DNA from: Fimicolochytrium jonesii
Taxonomy: Eukaryota
Direction: 5' to 3'
Assembly: GCF_025526975.1 (NCBI RefSeq)
Contig: NW_026515670.1
Span: 1,240,001 to 1,304,000 of the forward strand
Length of the DNA: 64,000 nucleotides
Part shown: piece by piece, positions 38,413-51,960 of the stretch
Numbering within the stretch: position 1 is the first letter of the stretch
Layout: each line of letters opens with the position of its first letter
Program-made: the position numbers and the translations under genes
The notes under the pieces: model-generated
Seen by the model: only the letters and a program-made list of their open reading frames with translations
The model's database searches: none
Told to the model about the DNA's origin: nothing

Positions 38413-40162
38413 GGTGGGGTTGATGCACAGATTGAGAGAAGAAAGGATGTGAATATGATTTTGATGGGGAGGGACTGGAGATCGGGACCTGCGCATCGAT
38501 TCTTTTGTAATAGTTTTCTTTCTGGAATGAACATCTTAACAAATGGCTGCATTGACTGATATGCTTGTTCGGATCCACCAGAGGACGGGAGATGCGACGG
38601 ACGCACGCCACAGCATGGGAACGTTGGATGTTGCATACACCGGCTGCCACCATTGCGCGCTTTATAAGTATATTTCGACCATCTGCCCGCTCTCACGGGA
38701 GAGGAGGTCGCCTGCTGTTCCAGCAGCTTGCTTTGCCGGCTGCCTTGACGCTCTCGCGCGTTTCACAGGGTCCAGAGTCGCCGGCGAAAACGACGACATC
38801 ACCGATTTGGTGATCCAAGAGTGATCAGCAAGTTGTCAAGTTCGACGCTGCACGGCTGCGTAAGTGTGTGCAAAATCAACATATGAAATGATGAAATGAC
38901 GATATGATGTAGTTCAATGTCGCTCCTTGGTGCAATTCCTTTGGATTTGGGAACTGGTGAAATACGCTCCCTCCTCAGTCCTCCTCCCCCTAAAGTTCAA
39001 ACCCCGGCCTGGCGCGTGCTGGGCATGGGTTCCCTTCCGACCTCATTCAAGGTCACCGTCAGCTAAGCACTCCGAGTTTTAAGACTCACGTGAGAGATCC
39101 AGTTCACCTGCATTTGGGAGGCTTATCGTTTCCGGCGGTGTTGATCACAGTGAAAACACAGCTGCGAACGGCCCTGCATGTGGTCGTCACAAACAGGGGG
39201 AGCCATCGAATATTGCAACTCGAGAGAGGCCCATTTCAAGGCACTGGCAATCCTTCCCCACCCCCTCGGCTCGCCATATCGACACTCACAGCTTAGCCCG
39301 TCCAGCACCTCTAGCAACTCTTCGTAACAGTAGCGGACCCATTTTACTGCAACAGCGAAAGTCGGTCTCTGGGCCTTGCTGGTAAGTCGCACTTGAGATT
39401 CACAGCCACGGCTCCCAACCGATGATGCTGTTCTGAGACCGCCAGAACCTGAACGAACATCTCCGCACTTGTTCTTCTGTCGAATAGCAGAGCTCTTACT
39501 TCACCAGGCCTTTGTATACTCCCGGTGGTCCGGAACCGTTTATTCTTCCTGGATAGACTCTCACAAACTGACGATATATTCCGAGAGGTGAGTGCTGTTC
39601 ACAAAACCGGCGCTGGTGGGAAATTCCTTTTCTCCACCAGTCCTCCCAGCTGGTAACCTACGCTGTGTTGACGCTGACTGATGAACCGCTCAGGTCAACC
39701 TGGTCATCCTCACTGGCCTCGGATTTCGATAGTCCATCTGAAGATCTCGTCCCATCCGGAACCTGGGATCCTTGGTCGGGGCGGTATAAGTTTCGACACA
39801 AAGCGACTTGGCGGAGGAAAGGCTCAAGGTTGAAGTGGTCTTAAGCGGAATGGAAAATTCTTTGATTCGGCTTCCCATCGTCACTATACATTCCGTGTCA
39901 GTTGCGAAAGTCTCGTCGAAAGGATTCTGCACTTTTTCGAAAAGTTAAATTCGCCTGAGAAGAGGTGCTCTTGCGCTTACTTGTACTGGTCCATTTATTC
40001 ATTCGGGTACTCTTCGCACCGAAGATACCTTCGCCCTTGACTCTTGGACGCTCAAGAGAAGCTTTTTTCCCACGCGTATTTCGTGAGCCCGCAATTTGAA
40101 GAGTGACGCTCAGAGCATATTGAGAGCAAGCATTCTTCCATAGTGGACTCCCACACCCTTCA

Positions 40163-42729
40163 ATGGCGGATAAAGACGATCGAAATCCATATTCCACCTA
40201 TCCGATGGGGGCTCAGGGCTATCATCCGTACAATGCACCGGGCTCGCCCGCACACACAAGTACGCTATCAACTCCATCCTCCCCCGCATTTGGAAGCTCG
40301 GCCGGCGCATCGCATGCGCCGCTATATCGGTATCCACATAACAATCACATGTTTATCGGTGGGAAAATCCAGGCTGGCGGTGGAGGCGGAGTTGGAGGGA
40401 CCAGCGGACCTGGCCATGCGATGCAACACTCTCCTCAAATGAACCACGGCGGGATTGCGAACTATCAGCACTCACATCAACATCATCCCTCCCATGGCGG
40501 TGCGACGAGTGGTGGAGGAGGTTCTCACCCCGTCTCCTCGTCGATGGCTGGGACGAGCTCGGGCGGCATGTCCGCCATCCCACCGACATCGGTGCCAATC
40601 TCTGGGCCACACCATCAGAAACAGATGGATTCGGTTCTCAGTTCCCGACAATCCGCCTCCCCACATCACCACGCTCGGGTTGCGGCGGCGGCCGCGCGAT
40701 CCGCGCTTTCCAATCCCGACGCTGCTACCAACGGCGCTAACGGCAACTCGTCGGGCGGGGCTGGTGTGGACCCTAATGCGAAGCCATCGGCATGGACAAT
40801 TCTGGATTTGGGCGGAATGCAGTTGAAGAATCTCAGCGCTAGTCTGTTTAACTACACCTTTCTCACGACGTTGTACCTCAACCACAATGCTCTTGGGTTA
40901 TTGTCCCAGGAGGTGGCAAAGTTGACAAGCCTGGTTGTCTTGGATTTGTCGGGGAATAGGCTCACGTCCCTGCCTTCCGAGCTGGGAATGTTGCTCTCCC
41001 TCAAGGAGCTGTTACTCCATGACAACGAGCTTACATTTCTGCCACCGGAACTTGGGCAACTGTATCAGCTGGATAACCTGGGTCTCGAAGGGAATCCTCT
41101 AAATGAGCCCATCTCGTCGATGATACAAAAGGAGGGGACGTCAGCGGTAGTGACGTATTTACGCGAGATGTGTCCAGGTAAGGAACATGAGTGTAATTCT
41201 GTCGTATGTCGATTTGTGCTCAGATTTGTAACTCCGATCCTATCTTGCAGTTGGCCCACCACCACCGGATCGAGAATGGATCTCACTGGAAGAAGACTAT
41301 GCTGGGGATACCAAGGGTATGCTTGAAACCAAGGCAAGGAAATTCGATCGCTCGGTCCGAGCAGCTCTTTTATCTTCCCTTTCACTTGATCAGACACTTT
41401 CACGGTGATGTGTTACAACATCCTCTGTGAGAAATACGCAACGCCAGCAATGTACGCCTACACACCATCATGGGCATTGAATTGGGAATATCGGAGGGAT
41501 CTACTGCTACAAGATATTCTTAACTACAATGCAGACATTGTCTTGCTGCAGGTAAGATCTTTTCACTCTTCGTACTCTCATTTGATGACGATATTAATTA
41601 ATTTAAATGTCGGTTCCTAAGGAGATGCAAATGGATCAATACGAGGACTTCTTCCGGGATCAGTTGTCGCAAATCGGTGGTTATGAAGGCGTGTTCTACC
41701 CAAAATCCCGAGCGCGCACCATGGCCGAGTACGACAGGCGACAGGTGGATGGATGCGCAACATTCTGGAAGGCGAATAAGTCTGTCTCTCCAAGCGTCTC
41801 AATATTTCAATTCCCAAGCAATACTCATGATTTTGTCCGTCTCTGCCAGGTTTTCGTTGTTGGAAAAGCATTGCATCGAGTTCCAGCAAACAGCGATGCG
41901 CAAACCCGAGCTCCGCAAGACGGACGATGTTTTCAACCGAGTCATGATCAAAGACAATGTGGCAACTGTCGCACTTCTCGAGAACAAGGAATCCAAGGCG
42001 AAGCTTCTCGTCTCCAATGCCCATTTGCACTGGGATCCCGTTTACAAGGACGTCAAGCTGGTGCAGACTGGAATGCTGATGGAGGAGATTGAGACGTTGT
42101 GCAAAAGCTGGGGACGAACGCACGGCGGTGCCTCATCAACGGCAACAAAAGGCGGCAAGTCCCTCATGTCGTCATCACCGACCTCTGCCACCAGCCCCAC
42201 GGCAGACTCAACCCGGTTCCCCGTCCTGATCTGCGGCGACTTCAACTCCCTCCCCGACTCCGGTGTCTATGAGTATCTCTCCGGCGGCCGCGTCGACAAA
42301 GATCACTCGGACTTCTCCCATTACGTCTACGGCCCGTACACGTCCGAGGGACTCTCCCACCACTTCTCCCTCAAGTCCGCCTACTCGCACCTCAACACCG
42401 CGGCCTGCCCCGGTGGCGAGCTGGAGTTTACCAACTTCGCCCCCGGGTTCAAGGGGACTATCGACTACGTGTTCTACTCCACCAACTCGTTGGAAGTCAC
42501 GGGCCTGTTGAGTTGCGTTGACAAGGAGTACATTTCCCGCGTCGTGGGTCTACCAAACGCGCATCATCCCTCCGACCATCTGCCGTTGGTCGTCTCGTTG
42601 CGCGCGAAACCGGCGGTGGGTGCAAATAACGGGAACAGTTCGAGTTCGGTGAATCAGGCGGCTGTTGCTGCGGCGTTTGCGAATGCGGGTAACGCTAGCG
42701 GGGGCGGGGGTGGGAAGAGAATACAATAA
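40163..42729 (+). CDS. CCR4: CCR4 poly(A) deadenylase (LRR plus EEP nuclease), multi-exon
   Basis: Low-complexity N-terminus with SPHHHAR, LRRs (LFNYTFLTTLYLNHN), VMCYNILCEKYAT, LQ|E, DGCATF, NAHLHWDP, ICGDFNS, GTIDYVFY and HPSDH. Confidence 0.95.
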
Positions 42730-42998
42730 AAACACACTGAAAAAATCACATGTCCAGAACCTTTGTGTCCTTTTGTCTGTTTTCTTGTGCTATGAGTTCC
42801 TTTCATTTGCTGTTGCTTTGCGTCGGCTTTTTTTTTGCATTTCGAGCTAACAGCTCCAGCAGTTGCCATCATTCCTTTGCCGAGCGCAAGTTCCATTGCT
42901 CCGTAAGCGTAGCATATGAGCATTCTACCGCCGAAATCATCAATAACCACTACATAATCTACAGGCTTATCTACACACTAACCTGCATACAGGCCCAC

Positions 42999-44022
42999 TC
43001 ACTCACTTCGCCCCGTCTGCCCCGTCCGCCTCAAATACGCATTCCACCCCGCCTCCCTATACTCCCTCGCCTTCGCCACCGGGTCCTGCGCGCCGTAAAT
43101 TCCCCTCCCCACAATAACCACATCACACTCGCTCTCCTCCACCACCTGCTCCGGACTCCTATACTGCTGCCCCAACGCATCCCCCGGCTGCGCCATCGAT
43201 ACCCCCGGCGTCATATATAGAAAGTCCCTCTCCTCCTTCCCTGACTCGGTCCCTTTCAACCTCCTCTGCCCAATAAATCCAACCACAAACTCCGCATTGT
43301 CCTGCGCCATCCGCAGCGTCTCCTGGCTGTACTCACCCCTCGCCAGCGTGCCCTTGGACGACATCTCCGCGAGAAGAAGTAGAGCGCGGCCGAGGGGGAG
43401 GCCGACCTGCGCGAGCCCGTGGACGATACCGTCCCCTGGCACCGGGTGGGCGTTGGTGATGTGCGCCCAAGAGGCGATTTTGTAGACGCCGTGGGCGTAC
43501 TGCGCGGCGACGGTGGAGCCGATGTCGGCAAATTTGCGGTCTTCGAAGATGAGGTAGTTGTGTTTTTGAGCGAGGGCGGTTAGGGTGGTGATTACGGAGG
43601 GGTCGAAATCGGTTAGGATATCGATGTGTGTCTGGGGTGGGGAGGGGTTCGATGAGTCCGGCTTCCGGTACCGTTCGCCATCACTCTGCTGCCTCCTGTT
43701 CCCCCCCATTCGTCTCCTGACCTCGGTCGTTTCCGTGCTCCTCATACGCCTCTTGACCACCACCCTCACGAGACCTCCCGCGGATCCCGCGCATCCCCCG
43801 GCATTCCCTCGCCTACCAGCATACCTTCAAAACACAAATATAAGGCCCAAGCTCATCCGCCAACCTCAACAAGTCCTTCTTCTCCGTGACGTCGACAGCG
43901 ACAGAAAGGTTGGTCTTCTTCTCGTCCATGAGGTTCAGCAATTGCACGGCCGTCGCGTTTGCGAAATTGGCGGCCCGCGCAGAGTAGCGCTGCGAGGCGT
44001 ATGGGGAGGTTGAGTTGCTCAT
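42999..44022 (-). CDS. URA3: Orotidine-5'-phosphate decarboxylase; exons 44022-43825 and 43631-42999
   Basis: [57 protein letters not shown] and IVGRGI. Confidence 0.96.
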
Positions 44023-44689
44023 TGTAGCGGCCTGTAAACGGGAGGGAGGTGGACGGGGAGGAGCTGTATATGGCGGTTGTAGGCGTGATTCCCACTCTGT
44101 TTGAAGGTGAAATGGGGAAGAAATTGTGGCCACCTCGAAACTTTTTCTCGCGGGACGGGAGGGACGGACGTTTTTTCCCACTGCGCACGCGTTTTGACTT
44201 CTCTTGAGCCATGACTTCTATCAACGTACAGTACGCACTCTGCCAAGGGTTGCCCTCTTTGCCCAACCCCCCGAACGAGAAATACAGTCCCCGACACACA
44301 CCAAGAATTAGGCTTTCAGCACTCCACGAAGCGACCGGCATGTGGGGTCCGGTTCGCTTCACAGTTCAACTCTGCGTCCCCGCTTGAGTATTCACCACCA
44401 TCCACCCACAATGTCCAGCAGCGTCTTCGTTTTCAAGCGAATCTCGCACACGCCGACGTTCAAATCCCGTCCCTCACGGCTTTGGTCTCCGGCTCCCGTA
44501 TTCATCCTCAGCAGCCTCACACCTAACCTCCAGAGCAAGCAAATGTCTCCACAGTCCACATTCCATTCCCCCGTGAGCACCCCTCTCCACAGCAGGCGGC
44601 GACAGTAACAACGCGATAATCGAACCAATGGGGTCCCGCGAACGAATAGAATGAATGATTTCAAATCTATTTACAACAAAGAATCCGCT

Positions 44690-45596
44690 CTATTCGTCGA
44701 CAGTCTGGGTCTGGAGGCCTGTGAGAGGGAGAGGTGGAACGAAAGGCGGCGAAGGAGATGATTAGTCACCTGAAGGCGATCCCTGAAGAGGACCAAAAGA
44801 TCCCCATTTGCATTTGATATCAGTCCGCATCTCCTTCAACTCACCCTTGAAGTTAGTGGTGGGCACAAAGGTGACGAACGTGTAGAGCTTCTCCTTGGCA
44901 TCCTCAGCATCGTTACGACGCCTGGACAAACGCACGCGAATGCGGTGTGGGACGGACTTGATTCCGCGGGCCCAGACGGCCTTGTTCAGGGAAGGGTCGA
45001 GGCGCACGTCCGAGGTTCCCATGGTCTTGAGGGCAAACTCACGGATAGCCTTCACAGCGGTGGGAGCACGCTTCTTGAAGGTCCTGTTGAAATATTCGCG
45101 GCGACAAGGTGGGGTCAGGAAACTGTCTCCAAAGGTCGTCTCAAGGTTAGGCCACTCCATTCCCTTGAGAATTCGGGCTCGCAATCCCCCTCCAACCAAC
45201 AGGTCCTATCCCAACCATTTCGACATCTAGTCATCTCCCTCGTGCGCCCCTTCGCCCCTTCCCTCTCTCCACAGAATTGGCATAGGTTCCCCCGTTCGAT
45301 CAGTTCCAGAGTGACCTCCGACTCGTGCGCGATCCTCCCCCTACCCCAAGCCTCTTCGCCCGTCTCTCGCCTCCTGTGTGCCCCCAAACGAGAAAGACAA
45401 GCTACTAACCTGCCAAACACATGCTTGTGCAAGTGGATAGTGTATTCGCGAGTCACGACCTAGAATTCGCCATCGGGGTCGTTAGTCTCTCAATTCTGAC
45501 GTTCAAAAAACGGGCATAGGTTTCCCCTGCACCGGTGGGATATGATACCTCGTTGAGGGTGCTCTTCTTTGTCTGCTTCTTGTCCGTAGGAGCCAT
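44690..45596 (-). CDS. RPL31: 60S ribosomal protein L31 (eL31); exons 45596-45549, 45459-45410, 45083-44845, 44718-44690
   Basis: [50 protein letters not shown]...[24 protein letters not shown]. Confidence 0.96.
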
Positions 45597-45747
45597 TGCG
45601 AAGTGACGGCTATGTACAGTGGAAGTCTGACTGTTGCGGGGTGAACGGAATGCTCTCTCGCCTCTCTCGTCTCTGCGCCTTTGCCAAACTGCTGCAAGAA
45701 ATTTTCGCTTCTGCGGGTGTGGCGCAGGCGTCTGTTTAATGTCACCG

Positions 45748-45757
45748 CGCACGTGAC
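45748..45757. promoter_or_regulatory. E-box/CDEI-like motif CGCACGTGAC upstream of RPL31
   Basis: Contains GTCACGTG on the minus strand, about 150 bp before the ATG. The identical 10-mer lies upstream of RPS28. Confidence 0.5.
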
Positions 45758-45848
45758 GCGTTATATCAGCCGCCTTGTTTGAGAACGGGCATGTCTCATT
45801 CGTTTGCCCAGGGCCATCTGAGAGGGCCATCTCTGAACCCACCGTAAA

Positions 45849-45934
45849 TAGGTTAGGGTTAGGGTTAGGGTTATAGGGTAGGTTAGGGTTATAGGGTATA
45901 GGGTTAGGGTGTAACCTGTTAGGGTTAGGGTTAG
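45849..45934 (+). repeat. Interstitial degenerate telomeric (TTAGGG)n tract
   Basis: Seven exact TTAGGG (45853, 45859, 45865, 45883, 45904, 45919, 45925) plus three ATAGGG variants in about 85 bp. Confidence 0.9.
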
Positions 45935-46213
45935 ATGTTCGTTTGATGCCATGCACGCTACCCCGACGGTGTAAAGTTCGTCCTTTGCAGGGTTAGGCCT
46001 CAGGTCCCTTGAACCCTGATATATGTGTTCGATTTACCATAGCGTCGCCGTCATATCTTACTACCAAGCTGCTGGCCAAAGTGATGAACAATTTATTCGT
46101 CCCAAGCTCTGTTGCAAGCCGTCAAACTAAAATCCTGCTGCCTGCTGGTCATTCTACTACTCGCACTACGGTACAGGAGTAAGCTAGAAGGTGTGCATAC
46201 GGCATACGGCTCG

Positions 46214-49259
<3,046 letters not shown>

Positions 49260-49631
49260 TTCCGAATGGCAGGACTCCGAAGGAGCCTTCCGGTTCGAAC
49301 CAGGGGTGAACGGGACCTGATATGGGGCTTTTCCGCAATATTCCGAGTGCAAACAACTGTGATGCCTGCAGCAAACAGATGTCTTCCGTGGACGTGCAAA
49401 CTGCAAGAGGGTGGAAACGAGTGACACAAGCAAGCAATCGTTTGACGGCGTCTTCCGATCCTGTCAGCGAGGTGCCTCTCCGCGTCTCCATGAACTTGGA
49501 ATTTCCTTCATTCCTTCGACTGCTTCATGAATTTGAAAGTTCCCTCCCGCGGCACTGTGCGGCACTGTGCGGCATTGGAACCGCTGCGGAAATGCATGCA
49601 CAGCAGGGAATTGAGCGTGAACCTCATTGTA

Positions 49632-51510
49632 CTAGCGGAAGAGGATCAATGTACACAGCAGAACGATCATCAAGGTTGGAAGCGGTAACAACAAGTGACC
49701 AAACGGCTTGATTCCCGAGGAAGTTGGACCGCCAGGAGCGCTTGTGTTTTTGCTGCCCGCGGGGCCCGTCGACGTGCTTGCTATGAAAGTTTTGGTGGTT
49801 GTCGTAGTAGAGGTAATCGCGGGAGAAGCAATAACTTCCGCGGCCAGATCATAATGCGCTGCCCTAACAGCATCCAAATCCTCCTTGAACGCAGCCAGCA
49901 CATCGCTTTTCCAAGTAACTCGGTAGTCTCGGAATGTGTCTTCCTCTGGTTTGGCATATTCGAACAGGCACACGCCTCGGATCTTGGGATGCAGAGTTAG
50001 AAAGGTGCTATTGGTGATGTACTGTCTCCATAAGGCTCCTTTGAGGCCTAGCTCGCCCGGCCCTGGATCCACAGTGGTGTTTGCACCACTCAAAAGTCGC
50101 ACATGGAAGGCCGATGCAGTCTTTCAGGAGATGAGAGAAGAGAAATCAATCTCGGACATATGCAAAAAATGTTCGATCAATTCCATAGATTGGGTAGTTA
50201 CCTCGGAGAAAATCATCGGCTTCCTATTTATACCCAAGTCACTGGAATATGTGAGGTAGAAGTTCGCCCTTTGCGTAGCTGTTGTTTTTCCATCGCCATC
50301 GCCAACACCATCAACGATGCGGGTTACGAAGTCCGTCGGCGGAAGGTCATTGTGGACCCATGGCCAGTCTCTACGCACAGGGGATCAGAATGCCAGGTGA
50401 GAATGTAGTCATTGAGGCAGTTGCGTATTACGTTGCCAGAGAAGCGTCCATGTCATACCTTCCGAAGTAGTAAACACTCATTCCCACCCAGTCGACGTAC
50501 CTGTCCGCCATTGAATGCAAGTCTCAGGCGCTTTTCGTGAAAGTATGGAGCTGGAACCGTAAGACTCACTCTGTGCCAGGCCAGTACGGAGAGAATGGAT
50601 CGTCCTGATGGGAGACGGCTTATCAGGCATGCAGATATCCCCTCGAAAAGATGCACACGTACATTTTCGTCCAGTTCCCCGTCCGCGTTGGTGTCCAACT
50701 GATCAAACTCCGCCACATCGTTGCTAGCATTCCTCCTTAACGGCCCGTCGGAATCTGTGAATGGTGTATACGCTCCGCCGTAGTACGGGTAGTTGGCTGC
50801 TGCATTGGGCGACCACAGAAATGCCACGGAGCTTCCTGCGGTCCCGCCTAAGGCGCTCAAGCGAGACCGGACCGATGTCACGATCCGGCGCCAGAGCGCA
50901 ACGTACCGCAGCGGTCGTTGACCCCAGGCGTACCAGCTTCCTGCACAGTATATTGGTCAGGACTCTGACATTTTACGGTCGACAGATGTCTCATTCACCA
51001 TTCATTTCAGACGCAATCCTCAGCAACACCCGTCGTCCATCCTGGACATATCCGGCGATCAGATCTGCAAACTCCGCGATGTACTTCGGATCCGCCAGCT
51101 GATCAAATGCTTCATTGCCGGTTCGAGAGAAACTGCTGTTGAACCTCGGGGACACTGTGAGTAGGAGAACGGGGTTCGAGCCGGTTGCGTCGAGGAGTGT
51201 CACGGGCGGCAGCTCGGCGGATGCCAGCGGGATCTCGAGGGCCATCTGGAAGAGAGTACTAGTGTAGTTCAGACGTTGGTTGAAAGCGAGTGGAGTATCT
51301 TGATTTGGCGTGGTATCTGCAGCGGCCTATACAGTTAGGGACTTTCACTTGCGCCCAGAACTCAGAAGATCCCATCAACGCACCTAACCAACCGCCAAAT
51401 AACATTCCTTGGAATGGCTCCAAAGGCGCCCTTGCCGCCAGCACTGTAGCCGCAAGATATGCCGGGAACCCTATGAGCCATACTTGCAAAGACTGGTGAA
51501 ATGATCGCAT
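49632..51510 (-). CDS. Secreted/membrane-anchored glycoside hydrolase family 26-like protein (multi-exon)
   Basis: Signal peptide, APLEP..GMLFGGW, LRIASEMN|GNWYAWGQRP (acid/base Glu), FLWSPN, DDPFSPYWPG..YVDWVGMSVY, KPMIFSE (candidate nucleophile), then Ser/Thr-rich linker and hydrophobic C-terminus. Confidence 0.8.
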
Positions 51511-51960
51511 GGCAAGCTATGTTCTGTATTGCATTGCAAGCTCGTTCGTAGAGAAGCGGGGAGGAGGCTAAAGAATGAAGGCCCAGGGTTTTGACAGCTC
51601 GGACGCGCTGTTGATTTCTCTTTCAACGTTTTCTCTTTATCCCGTTATTCCATTGCGTTATCCGGGTAAAACCTTCCTAACCACATTGTTCGCCACGGCT
51701 TCCTGCCTATCTACCAATGATGTCTGCCATCTTTTTCCTCCGGTCATATTCACAGTCTCGTCGGACATTCAATCGTCAATACTTGGTGCAAAACGCAACC
51801 CCAAGGAATGAGCACAAACAACGGAGGAAACATATAAATGAAGGTTCAAGTACATGGTCGAAGGCGTACGAGCTATCTCAAAACTCTAATGCACAGAATA
51901 TTCATGAGATGGCGCTGCACGCTCCGCAATCAACCTACGCATCTAGCCGAGCAGTTTCTA

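Noticed and set aside
45453..45956. Minus ORFs with NPNPNP / TLTLTL repeats
   Set aside because: They are simply translations of the telomeric tract and RPL31 promoter.
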